Shown here piece by piece: positions 15,403-27,040 of a stretch of DNA of 32,000 nt. Both the position numbers and the translations under genes were made by a program. Source of the DNA: Propionibacterium ruminifibrarum (GTDB taxonomy: Bacteria > Actinomycetota > Actinomycetes > Propionibacteriales > Propionibacteriaceae); assembly GCF_900289195.1 (NCBI RefSeq), contig NZ_OMOH01000011.1, forward strand, positions 45,839 through 77,838. The letters are read 5' to 3'. Numbering within the stretch: the stretch's first letter is position 1; each line of letters starts with the position of its first letter. The notes beneath the pieces are model-generated. The model searched no databases, was not told the DNA's origin, and worked only from the letters and a program-made list of their open reading frames with translations.

Positions 15403-16133
15403 GCCTGGACAGGAACGAACGCCAGCTGTTCTGGGGCATCCCCGTCATCGTCGTCGCCGGAGCGCTGGGCTGGGTGCTCTGGCGCGCCACGGCCGACCTC
15501 GACGACATCGAGTCCCGCCAGCTGGCCTGGGGAACCATCGGCACCCTGCTCGGCCAGCACGTGGTGCTCACCCTCATCTGCGCCGCCGTCGTGCTGGTCA
15601 TCGGCGTGCCGCTGGGGATCGCCCTGACCCGGCCCGGCATCCGCCGCGTCACACCGGCCGTGCTCGCCGTCGCCAACGCCGGCCAGTCCGCGCCGGTCAT
15701 CGGCCTGATCGTCCTGCTCGCCATGGCCATGGGGTTCGGCACGCCGACCGCCGTCGTCGCGCTGAGCATTTACGCCTTCCTGCCGGTGCTCGCCAATACG
15801 ATCACCGGGCTGCAAGGGGTCGACCCGGCCCTGGTTGAGGCCGGCCGGGGCATGGGCATCTCGTCGATGGGCGTGCTGCTGCGCATCGAACTGCCACTGG
15901 CCTCGAAGGTCATCCTCGCCGGCATCCGCACCGCCCTGGTGCTGCTCGTCGGCACCGCCAGTTTCGCCACCTTCATCAACGCCGGCGGCCTGGGGGCACT
16001 CATCCAGACCGGCATCGCCCTGTTCCGCTTCCGCATCCTCATCTCCGGTGCCGTGATCGTGGCGCTGCTCGCCCTGCTCGTCGAATGGCTCGGGCAGGTC
16101 ATGGAGATGATCGTCGCACCGAAGGGGCTGTGA
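15399..16133 (+). CDS. Osmoprotectant ABC transporter permease (second membrane subunit)
   Basis: 244 aa beginning MSLDRNERQLFWGIPVIVVAGALG... The EAA-like loop is ALVEAGRGMGISS. The ATG overlaps the ATPase stop (ATGA). Confidence 0.85.
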   Translation: MSLDRNERQLFWGIPVIVVAGALGWVLWRATADLDDIESRQLAWGTIGTLLGQHVVLTLICAAVVLVIGVPLGIALTRPGIRRVTPAVLAVANAGQSAPVIGLIVLLAMAMGFGTPTAVVALSIYAFLPVLANTITGLQGVDPALVEAGRGMGISSMGVLLRIELPLASKVILAGIRTALVLLVGTASFATFINAGGLGALIQTGIALFRFRILISGAVIVALLALLVEWLGQVMEMIVAPKGL

Positions 16134-16134
16134 C

Positions 16135-17124
16135 ATGAACCACGTGAAGAACCTGGCCGGCCGGCTCCGGGTCCTGCTCGCCGTGCCCGCGCTCGCCCTG
16201 ACACTCGTACTCAGCGCCTGCGGCCTGGGCACATCCGGCGGTTTCACCCGCACCGGTGAGCTCGCCGGCGACCTCGCCGGGATCGACCTGAGCGGTGTGA
16301 GCATCAGGGCGGGCTCCAAGGCCTTCACCGAGCAGCTCGTGCTCGGCAAGATCACCGTCATCATGCTCCGGGCGGCAGGGGCCGACGTGTCCGACCTCAC
16401 CGGCATCCCCGGCTCCTCGTCCTCGCGCCAGGCGCTGCTGAGCGGCCAGATCGAGATGCTGTGGGACTACAGCGGCACCGGCTGGATCAGTTACCTCGGC
16501 CACACCGACCCCGTCCCCGGCGAGCAGGCCCAGTACGAGGCGGTGCGCGACGAGGACCTGCACAACGGCCTGGTGTGGCTGCCGCCGACGCCGGCGAACA
16601 ACACCTACGGCTTCGCCATCACCCGGAGCACCCAGCAGCGCCTCGGCATCACCCGGCTCTCCGAGCTGGCCGAACTCGACCCCGCCGAGCTCAGCTTCTG
16701 CCTGGACACCGAGTTCAACAACCGCAACGACGGGTTCGAGCCGCTGGCCCAGACCTACGGCATCGACCTGGGTTCGGCGCAGCGCATGCTCATGGACGTC
16801 GGCGCCATCTACTCGGCCACGGCCGAGGGCGTGTGCACCTTCGGTGAGATCTTCACCACCGATGGACGCATCAAGTCGCTCGATCTGGTCGTCCTCGAGG
16901 ACGACCTGGAGTTCCTGCCGAACTACAACGCCTCGATGGTCATCCGGCAGGACACCTACGAGCAGAACACCGAGGCCTACGACCGGCTGTTCGGGGCCGT
17001 CACCGAGCTGCTCACCGACGAGGAACTCATCGCCATGAACGCCCAGGTTGACGTCGACGGCCGCGAGCCGGCCGACGTGGCCTACGAGTGGCTCGTGAGC
17101 AAGGGCCTCATCACCGACGAGTGA
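16135..17124 (+). CDS. Osmoprotectant-binding lipoprotein (OpuCC-type substrate-binding protein)
   Basis: 329 aa. It has a signal peptide with the lipobox LVLSAC-G. It occupies the last position of the ABC operon, and the ATG lies 1 nt after the upstream stop. Its length and position fit a glycine-betaine-type SBP. Confidence 0.8.
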   Translation: MNHVKNLAGRLRVLLAVPALALTLVLSACGLGTSGGFTRTGELAGDLAGIDLSGVSIRAGSKAFTEQLVLGKITVIMLRAAGADVSDLTGIPGSSSSRQALLSGQIEMLWDYSGTGWISYLGHTDPVPGEQAQYEAVRDEDLHNGLVWLPPTPANNTYGFAITRSTQQRLGITRLSELAELDPAELSFCLDTEFNNRNDGFEPLAQTYGIDLGSAQRMLMDVGAIYSATAEGVCTFGEIFTTDGRIKSLDLVVLEDDLEFLPNYNASMVIRQDTYEQNTEAYDRLFGAVTELLTDEELIAMNAQVDVDGREPADVAYEWLVSKGLITDE

Positions 17125-17137
17125 GGCCCGGAAGCCT

Positions 17138-17164
17138 CTGGCACTCGGTTTGATCGAGTGCTAA
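17138..17164. promoter_or_regulatory. CIRCE operator (HrcA binding site), copy 1
   Basis: cTgGCACTC-ggtttgatc-GAGTGCTAA compared with the consensus TTAGCACTC-N9-GAGTGCTAA. A possible promoter, TTGATC-N17-TAGCTT, overlaps it. Confidence 0.85.
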
Positions 17165-17183
17165 AGCGGGTATAGCTTTGGTT

Positions 17184-17210
17184 CTGGCGCTCCCGGCAGG
17201 GGAGTGCCAG
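17184..17210. promoter_or_regulatory. CIRCE operator, copy 2 (more degenerate)
   Basis: cTgGCgCTC-ccggcaggg-GAGTGCcAg. It has the same 9-N9-9 geometry and lies 46 nt downstream of copy 1. Confidence 0.7.
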
Positions 17211-17306
17211 CCCAGGGGATGGCACCGCGACGACGTCCTCCTGGTCAATCCACCGCTGACAGGAATTCGCGCCGCATGGCGCTGACTAGTGAGAAAGGGG
17301 TTTGAC

Positions 17307-17603
17307 GTGGCCACCACGATCAAGCCGCTCGAGGACCGCGTCCTCGTTCTGCCTCTGGAAGCCGAGACCACCACCGCCTCCGGCCTGGTGATCCCCGACA
17401 CCGCCAAGGAGAAGCCGCAGGAGGGGCAGGTCATCGCCGCCGGCCCGGGCCGCATCGACGACAAGGGCGCCCGCGTGCCCATGGACGTCGCCGAGGGTGA
17501 CGTCATCATCTTCAGCAAGTACGGCGGCACCGAGGTCAAGTACGACGGCAAGGACTACCTCCTGCTCAATGCCCGCGACATCCTCGCGGTCGTCGAGAAG
17601 TAA
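17307..17603 (+). CDS. groES: Co-chaperonin GroES
   Basis: [40 protein letters not shown]... aligns residue for residue with mycobacterial GroES. The start is set at GTG 17307, preceded by the SD gaaagggg; the track gives 17289. Confidence 0.93.
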   Translation: MATTIKPLEDRVLVLPLEAETTTASGLVIPDTAKEKPQEGQVIAAGPGRIDDKGARVPMDVAEGDVIIFSKYGGTEVKYDGKDYLLLNARDILAVVEK

Positions 17604-19208
<1,605 letters not shown>

Positions 19209-19230
19209 GCCGGACGACCCCGACACTCAG

Positions 19231-19266
19231 CAGGGGCGGCAGAACCGTGAGGTTCTGCCGCCCCTG
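19231..19266 (+). terminator. Strong GC-rich hairpin terminator after groEL
   Basis: caggggcggcagaacc-gtga-ggttctgccgcccctg forms a perfect 16-bp stem with a 4-nt loop. There is no U-tract, as in the I-shaped terminators common in actinobacteria. Confidence 0.75.
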
Positions 19267-19352
19267 TGGCGTCTGGGATCCGGACGGCGCTGCTGGCGTG
19301 TGGCCCCTGCGATCCTGGGACTCGGCGAACCGCGCTGGTCCGGGGCACGTGA

Positions 19353-21041
<1,689 letters not shown>

Positions 21042-21162
21042 GAAGAGCGGTCCGTCCAGTCCTGAGAAGACAGGGCCAGCGGGTTCTGGTACGAGTTGGT
21101 GACCCAGCTTGGTCTGGGCCTGGTCGGTGCAGCACATCCACCAGTACCCATGGGAGCGGTGG

Positions 21163-21217
21163 CCGTCTGCCGCCGACAGACGGGTTGCCCGCCGATCAGG
21201 AGATCGACGGGCAACCC
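21163..21217. terminator. Two adjacent hairpins between convergent guaB and cycA (candidate bidirectional terminator)
   Basis: Hairpin 1: ccgtctg (21163-21169) pairs with cagacgg (21177-21183). Hairpin 2: gggttgcccg (21182-21191) pairs with cgggcaaccc (21208-21217) across a 16-nt loop. Confidence 0.45.
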
Positions 21218-21238
21218 CGGTTCAGATGATGGCCCCGG

Positions 21239-22678
21239 TCAGCCGTGGCTGGGGACCGTCTTCTTCTTCCCCGACCTGTTCCAGATGATCGCCAGCACGA
21301 TGAACCACACCGGCGTCAGGTACAGGGCGATGCGCGTCTGCGCGTCGAGGGCCAGGACCACGACCATGAAGCAGAAGAACACCATCAGGACCCACGGCAT
21401 GAAGGAGGCGCCCGGAACCTTGAACGCCGACGCCTGGTGGTCCTGCGGGAACTTCCTGCGGTACATGATGTAGGCCACGGTGATGAGCCCCCAGATGAAC
21501 AGCACGAGGATCGAGGACACCGACGAGACCATCTGGAAGGCCGTCATCACGGTGCCGCCGATCTTCAGCACGGGGAAGGCGATGCAGATCAACGCGACCG
21601 ACAGGATCAGCGCGTTGGCCGGCACGTGCCGGCTCGACAGCCTGGCGAACCGCTTCGGGGCGTAGCCCGTGTCCGACAGGCCGTAGAGCATCCGCGAGGT
21701 CGAGAAGATCCCCGAGTTCGAACTCGACGAGGCCGAGGTCAGCACCACGAAGTTCATGACGCTGGCCGCCGCCGTCAGACCGGCGAGGTTGAACACGTTG
21801 ACGAAGGGGCTCATCTCGGAGTTCACCTTGTCCCAGGGCGTGACCGACATGATCGCCGCGAGCGCGAAGACGTAGAAGATCACGATCCTCACCGGAATCG
21901 CATTGATCGCCTTGGGCAGGGTCTTGTGCGGGTCCGCCGTCTCGGCCGCCGCCGTGCCGATCAGCTCGGTGCCGATGAACGAGAAGATCGCCAGCTGGAA
22001 GGCCGCGAGGAAACCGGTCAGGCCGGTGGGGAAGACCCCGCCGCGATTCCACAGGTAGGCGACCGAGGCCACCGTGCCGTCCGGCGAGGTGAACCGGGTC
22101 ACCACCATGTAGGCGCCCACCAGGATCAGGGCGATGATCGCGATGATCTTGATGAGGGCGAACCAGAACTCGAGCTCGCCGAACAGCTTCACCGTCAGCA
22201 GGTTCGAGCCCAGCAGCGCCGCCAGTAGCACCGCCGTGCAGACCATCGACACGTTCAGGTTCTGGATCCAGAAGTCGAAGTACCCGACGATGACGATCAT
22301 CTCGGCAGCGGCGGTCACCACCCACAGGATCCAGTAGGTCCAGCCGGCGAAGAAACCGGCCCACGGGCCGATCATCACCCGCGAGAAGTCCTGGAACGAC
22401 TTGTAGCGCAGGTCGTGCAGGAACATCTCGCCCATCGCCCGCATCATGAAGAACAGCATCGTCCCGATGATGAGGTAGGACAGCAGCAGGGACGGCCCTG
22501 CGAGGCTGATGGCCTTGCCCGAGCCCATGAACAGGCCGGTGCCGATGGCACCGCCGATGGCTATCAGCTGGATGTGCCGGTTGGACAGCTCCCGGTTGAG
22601 TGTCTCCTCACCCGGCGCCTGGCCGGGCTGCGTCATCGACGTGGATCCCTGAGGGGGCCCCTCATTCTTGACAGTCAT
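21239..22678 (-). CDS. cycA: APC-family amino acid permease, CycA-like (D-serine/D-alanine/glycine-type transporter)
   Basis: NRHIQLIAIGGAIGTGLFMGSGKAISLAGPS..., KLFGELEFWFALIKI, and SVTPW...NFVVLTSA.SS.NSG.FSTSRML closely track E. coli CycA as I recall it. The start is set at ATG 22678, which follows ggagga; the track gives TTG 22690. Confidence 0.85.
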   Translation of the reverse strand: MTVKNEGPPQGSTSMTQPGQAPGEETLNRELSNRHIQLIAIGGAIGTGLFMGSGKAISLAGPSLLLSYLIIGTMLFFMMRAMGEMFLHDLRYKSFQDFSRVMIGPWAGFFAGWTYWILWVVTAAAEMIVIVGYFDFWIQNLNVSMVCTAVLLAALLGSNLLTVKLFGELEFWFALIKIIAIIALILVGAYMVVTRFTSPDGTVASVAYLWNRGGVFPTGLTGFLAAFQLAIFSFIGTELIGTAAAETADPHKTLPKAINAIPVRIVIFYVFALAAIMSVTPWDKVNSEMSPFVNVFNLAGLTAAASVMNFVVLTSASSSSNSGIFSTSRMLYGLSDTGYAPKRFARLSSRHVPANALILSVALICIAFPVLKIGGTVMTAFQMVSSVSSILVLFIWGLITVAYIMYRRKFPQDHQASAFKVPGASFMPWVLMVFFCFMVVVLALDAQTRIALYLTPVWFIVLAIIWNRSGKKKTVPSHG

Positions 22679-22699
22679 GAGATCCTCCAAAGGCTCGCA

Positions 22700-23815
22700 T
22701 CAGGCCAGGATGCTGTCCAACGGCGTGACCTCCATGTCGAAGGCCTCGCCGACACCACCGAAGGTCAGCTTGCCGGCATGGGTGTTCAACCCCAGCGCCA
22801 GGGCGTGGTCGTCCCTCAGCGCCTGCTTCCAGCCCTTGTCGGCGAGCTGGATCGCGTACGGCAGGGTGGCGTTCGCCAGGGCCTGGGTGGAGGTGTTCGG
22901 CACGGCGCCGGGCATGTTGGCGACGCAGTAGAACACCGAGTCGTGCACGCGGAAGGTCGGGTCGGCGTGCGTCGTCGGGTGGCTGTCCTCGAAGCAGCCG
23001 CCCTGGTCGATGGCGACGTCCACAAGCACCGAGCCGGGCTTCATGGCGGCCACCATCTCGTTCGTGACGAGCTTGGGCGTCTTGGCGCCGGGGATGAGGA
23101 CGGTGCCGATGACCAGGTCGGCGGCGAGCACCTGCTCGCGTACGGCGAGGGCGGTGCTGGCGAGCCCCTGGATGCGGTTGTCGAAGTCCCAGATGATGCG
23201 GTGCAGCTTGCGCAGGTCGACGTCGAGGACCGTGACGTCGGCGCCCATGCCGAGCGCGATCCTGGCCGCGTTCTGGCCGGCCGTGCCGGCGCCGAGGACG
23301 ACGACCTTGGCCTTCTGCACGCCGCCGACGCAACCGAACAGGACGCCTCGCCCGCCGGCCGCCTTCATGAGATGGGCCGCGCCGACCTGCGGGGCCAGGC
23401 AGCCGGCGACCTCGGACATCGGGGACAGCAGCGGTAGTGAGCGGTCCTCACGCTGGACGGTCTCGTAGGCGATGGCCGTGGTGCCCGCGTTCAGCAGGGC
23501 CTCGGTCTGCGGACGATCGGCTGCCAGGTGCAGGTAGGTGAACAGCACCTGGTCGCTGGACAGGAAACCGTACTCGCTCTCGATGGGCTCCTTCACCTTG
23601 AGCACCAGATCGCCGGCGGCCCAGGTGGCCTCGGCGCCGTCGACGATGGTCGCGCCCTGGGCCTCGTACTCCTCGTCGGTGAAGGACGAGCCGAGCCCGG
23701 CGCCTGACTGTATCGACACCTCGTGGCCACGGCGGGTCAATTCGTGCACGCCGACCGGGGTGATGGCGACGCGGAACTCGTTGTTCTTGACCTCGGCGGG
23801 GACAGCAATGCGCAT
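22700..23815 (-). CDS. ald: L-alanine dehydrogenase
   Basis: 371 aa. Begins MRIAVPAEVKNNEFRVAITPVGVHEL and has the NAD-binding motif VVVLGAGTAGQNAARIALGMGADVTVLD. An SD (gaggag) lies upstream. The stop is 21 nt before the cycA ATG, so they are probably one operon. Confidence 0.95.
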   Translation of the reverse strand: MRIAVPAEVKNNEFRVAITPVGVHELTRRGHEVSIQSGAGLGSSFTDEEYEAQGATIVDGAEATWAAGDLVLKVKEPIESEYGFLSSDQVLFTYLHLAADRPQTEALLNAGTTAIAYETVQREDRSLPLLSPMSEVAGCLAPQVGAAHLMKAAGGRGVLFGCVGGVQKAKVVVLGAGTAGQNAARIALGMGADVTVLDVDLRKLHRIIWDFDNRIQGLASTALAVREQVLAADLVIGTVLIPGAKTPKLVTNEMVAAMKPGSVLVDVAIDQGGCFEDSHPTTHADPTFRVHDSVFYCVANMPGAVPNTSTQALANATLPYAIQLADKGWKQALRDDHALALGLNTHAGKLTFGGVGEAFDMEVTPLDSILA

Positions 23816-23867
23816 GATCTACTCCTCGTTGAGCGTAGGAGCGGTGTTGGGAAACCACCGCAGTTTT

Positions 23868-23897
23868 ACGTTAGAGACGGTAAATCCTTTTTGTAAA
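23868..23897 (-). promoter_or_regulatory. Candidate ald promoter (TTTACA-N18-TAACGT on the minus strand)
   Basis: The reverse complement of 23892-23897 is TTTACA and of 23868-23873 is TAACGT. Both sit in the only AT-rich stretch of the 394-nt ald/guaB3 divergent region. Confidence 0.35.
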
Positions 23898-24209
23898 GCC
23901 GAGATATGCAGGATTTTTTGAATCATGGTGATCGTTTTTGTGCATGCGTGCAGGATCCTGGCCGATCTGGCGAAAGCGGTGTGCTTGCTACCGGTGAGCA
24001 GTTATCATGCACCGCCCCGGTGGCATGGTGGGGAGGTGCAGGGCGATGTCGGGGGGAGTTTCAGGGCTCGGGATGCAGATGGGGTGGGGCTTGCCCGAAT
24101 GCTCTGCGTGCAGAGCACGGGACCGCCGCTGCCAGGCTCCGGGAGGCCCCGGCGCCGGCGCAGGGCCCGGATCGGTAGATTTGTCCCCGTAGCCCAGGAT
24201 CGGAGGACC

Positions 24210-25313
24210 ATGTACGACATCGGACGCAGCAAGCGTGCGCCGAAGGCTTTCTCACTGGATGATGTGGCGATCGTGCCCTCACGGCGCACCCGAGACCCCG
24301 AGCTGGTGGACCTGTCGTGGAAGATCGACGCCGTCGAGTTCGACTTCCCGCTCGTGGCAGGCCCCATGGACTCCGTGATGAGCCCGGCCACCGCCATCGC
24401 CTTCGGCAAGCTGGGCGGCCTCGGCGCGCTCAACCTCGAAGGGCTGTGGACCAGGTACGAGAACCCCGAGCCACTCTTCGCCGAGCTGGCCGCCATGAGC
24501 GATGACGTCCAGGCGACCCGCCGGATGCAGCAGATCTACGCCGAGCCCATCAAGGCAGAGCTCGTCAAGGCCCGTCTCGACGAGATCCGCGCGGCCGGTG
24601 TTCCCGTCGCGGGCTCCCTGTCGCCCCAGCGCGCCGCCGAGTTCTCCTCGATCGTCGAGAACGCCGGCGTTGACTTCTTCATCATCCGCGGCACGGCCGT
24701 CTCGGCCGAGCACGTCAGTGACCAGGGCGAGCCCCTGAACCTCAAGAAGTTCATCTACAACCTCGACGTGCCCGTCATCGTGGGTGGCTGCGCCAGCTAC
24801 CAGACGGCCCTGCACCTCATGCGCACCGGCGCAGCCGGCGTCCTCGTCGGCTTCGGCGGCGCCGCCACTAGCACGACGCGGCAGGTGCTCGGCATCGAGG
24901 TGCCGATGGCCTCGGCCATCGCCGACGTGGCCGAGGCCCGCCGGGACTACCTCGACGAGTCCGGCGGTCGCTACGTCCATCTCATCGCCGACGGCGCCAT
25001 GGGCGACTCGGGGCACATCATCAAGGCCATCGCGGCCGGCGCCGACGCCGCCATGATCGGCGGGCCGCTCGCCCGCGCCGTCGAGGCACCCGGCAAGGGC
25101 TGGCACTGGGGGGCCGAGGCCTGGCACGCCACCCTGCCCCGCGGCCGCCGCGTCCACTACGACTCGGTCGGCACCCTCGAGGAGGTGCTCCTGGGCCCCA
25201 GCACCGTCACCGATGGCACGATGAACCTCGTCGGCGCCCTGCGCCGTGCCCTGGCAACCACCGGATACCAGGATCTCAAGGAGTTCCAGCGCATCGACCT
25301 CGTCATCCGCTGA
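24210..25313 (+). CDS. guaB3: GuaB3-type IMP dehydrogenase family protein (no CBS insert)
   Basis: Track ORF 23925..25313 was trimmed to ATG 24210, preceded by the SD ggagga. Product is 367 aa. It begins MYDIGRSKRAPKAFSLDDVAIVPSRRTR and contains ...VIVGGCASYQTALHLMRTGAAGVLVG, matching the mycobacterial GuaB3 type. Confidence 0.85.
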   Translation: MYDIGRSKRAPKAFSLDDVAIVPSRRTRDPELVDLSWKIDAVEFDFPLVAGPMDSVMSPATAIAFGKLGGLGALNLEGLWTRYENPEPLFAELAAMSDDVQATRRMQQIYAEPIKAELVKARLDEIRAAGVPVAGSLSPQRAAEFSSIVENAGVDFFIIRGTAVSAEHVSDQGEPLNLKKFIYNLDVPVIVGGCASYQTALHLMRTGAAGVLVGFGGAATSTTRQVLGIEVPMASAIADVAEARRDYLDESGGRYVHLIADGAMGDSGHIIKAIAAGADAAMIGGPLARAVEAPGKGWHWGAEAWHATLPRGRRVHYDSVGTLEEVLLGPSTVTDGTMNLVGALRRALATTGYQDLKEFQRIDLVIR

Positions 25314-25463
25314 CCGGCACATCCCCCACCTGCACGCCGACGGCGGGTGCGGGTGGGGCTACTTCCTGCCCGATGAGGGTGTCTGCCCGATGACTGAGGA
25401 CCCCGGGCAGGGCGGCGCCAGTGCCGTTAGGCTCACAACAGCCGCGTGACACAGGAGAAACCC

Positions 25464-25775
25464 ATGAGCGACGAACCCGACCAGGCCACGACCGTCCCGC
25501 CCGAGCTCGCCCACCTGCGCGACTCCATCGACAACATCGATGCGGCCGTGATCCACATCATGGCCGAGCGTTTCAAGATCACCCAGCGCGTCGGCGAGCT
25601 CAAGGCCGAGCTCGGGCTCCCTCCCTCCGATCCGGGACGTGAGCAGACCCAGATCGCCCGCCTGCGCCGGCTCGCCGCCGAGTCGCACCTCGACCCGGAG
25701 TTCGCCGAGAAGCTGCTGAACTTCATCGTCTCCGAGGTCGTGCGCCACCACACCGAAATCGCGAACCGGACCTGA
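25464..25775 (+). CDS. Chorismate mutase, AroQ class (small intracellular type)
   Basis: Product is 103 aa. Contains LAHLRDSIDNIDAAVIHIMAERFKITQRVGELKAELGLPPSDPGREQTQI and ...VVRHH. ATG 25464 follows the SD aggaga; the track gives GTG 25446. Confidence 0.85.
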   Translation: MSDEPDQATTVPPELAHLRDSIDNIDAAVIHIMAERFKITQRVGELKAELGLPPSDPGREQTQIARLRRLAAESHLDPEFAEKLLNFIVSEVVRHHTEIANRT

Positions 25776-25776
25776 C

Positions 25777-25832
25777 GGGCCCCGACCGGCTGGTGGGACC
25801 GGGCTTCGCCAGGGGCACCGAGGTCGGGGCCC
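25777..25832 (+). terminator. Long-range hairpin right after the chorismate mutase stop
   Basis: gggccccgacc (25777-25787) pairs perfectly with ggtcggggccc (25822-25832). The 34-nt intervening segment could itself fold. Confidence 0.4.
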
Positions 25833-25952
25833 GGTCGCCTCTCCGGCCGGCGGAATCGCTGTCGCCCGACCCGCAATGTGAGGACGGGGACCGCCTCCCG
25901 GGCCGGCGTCAGTGAGGATCGTCGGGGGAGGGCGTCGCCGGGCTCGGCCGGG

Positions 25953-26879
25953 TCACTGGCCCATGGCGTCGGCGAACAGGGGAGTGGACAGGTAGCGTTC
26001 CCCGAAGTCACAGATCATGGCGACGATCGTCCGGCCGGTGAACTCGGGACGTGCGGCGACCTGGAGGGCGGCCGCGACGGAGGCGCCCGAGGAGATGCCG
26101 CAGACGATGCCCTCCTCGGTGCCCAGGCGTCGGGCCATGTCGAGGGCCCGCGGGGTGCTCACCGTCAACACCTCGTCGATGACCTCGGGGTCATAAGTGG
26201 CCGGGACGAAGTTGGCGCCGATGCCCTGGATGCCGTGGCCACCGGCCTGGCCCGCGGAGAGCAGCGGTGACTCGTCGGGCTCGACGGCGAACACGGCGAT
26301 GTCGGGGTTCTGCTCCTTGAGGAACCTGCCGGTGCCGCTGATCGTGCCGCCGGTGCCCACCCCGTCGACCACCGCGTCGACCCGGCCCTCGGTGTCGGTC
26401 CAGATCTCGGGGCCGGTCGTGGCGTAGTGCTTGGCCGGGTTGGCGGGGTTGTCGAACTGGCGGGCCAGTACGCCGCCGCGCTCGGCGGCGATCCGCTCGG
26501 CCGCCGCGACCGAGCCCCGCATGCCCTCGGCCGCGGGGGTGAGGACGAGTTCCGCGCCGAAGGCGCGCAGCATGGCGCGGCGTTCCCGGCTCATCGACTC
26601 GGGCATCGTCAGCACGACGTGGTAGCCGCGGGCCGCCCCGACCATGGCCAGGGCGATACCGGTGTTGCCACTGGTGCCCTCGACGATCGTGCCGCCGGGC
26701 TTGAGTTCCCCGCTCGCCTCGGCGGCGTCGACGATGGCCACCCCGATCCGGTCCTTCACCGAGTTCGTGGGGTTGTAGTACTCGAGCTTCGCCAGGACGG
26801 TCGCGCCGGTGTCGTTGACCCGCCCCAGGCGCACGAGGGGAGTGCGGCCGACAAGCTCTGTCACGTCGTTGTAGATCAT
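25953..26879 (-). CDS. cysK: Cysteine synthase A (O-acetylserine sulfhydrylase)
   Basis: 308 aa. Contains the PLP-lysine motif [11 protein letters not shown], plus [11 protein letters not shown] and GTGGTISG. No cysE lies adjacent. Confidence 0.95.
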   Translation of the reverse strand: MIYNDVTELVGRTPLVRLGRVNDTGATVLAKLEYYNPTNSVKDRIGVAIVDAAEASGELKPGGTIVEGTSGNTGIALAMVGAARGYHVVLTMPESMSRERRAMLRAFGAELVLTPAAEGMRGSVAAAERIAAERGGVLARQFDNPANPAKHYATTGPEIWTDTEGRVDAVVDGVGTGGTISGTGRFLKEQNPDIAVFAVEPDESPLLSAGQAGGHGIQGIGANFVPATYDPEVIDEVLTVSTPRALDMARRLGTEEGIVCGISSGASVAAALQVAARPEFTGRTIVAMICDFGERYLSTPLFADAMGQ

Positions 26880-27027
26880 GGGTGCACCTTAGTGCGTACC
26901 GGCTCGACCAGGCCCCCGTTCCAACCGGTGCGGATCTCATCCACCCCTGTCCCAGTCGGTGTGGACCCGGCCGGCATTGATCCCCGGCGCCCCGCCCGGA
27001 CGCGCGGACCCGGCGGTCCGGGAGCAC

Positions 27028-27033
27028 TAGAAT
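27028..27033 (+). promoter_or_regulatory. Candidate -10 box TAGAAT, 7 nt upstream of the guaA ATG (leaderless transcript predicted)
   Basis: The sequence is gcacTAGAATccatcgcATG. No SD is possible. Confidence 0.45.
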
Positions 27034-27040
27034 CCATCGC

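Noticed and set aside
21096-21473. 125-aa plus-strand ORF at the guaB/cycA junction
   Set aside because: Most of it is antisense to the 3' end of the CycA-like permease, and the remainder covers the terminator hairpins.
23906-24192. 90-aa and 61-aa ORFs in the ald/guaB3 intergenic region
   Set aside because: They have no SD and a Cys/Gly/Arg-rich composition. They start inside the AT-rich promoter region and are in the wrong frame relative to guaB3, whose real start at 24210 has a clear SD.
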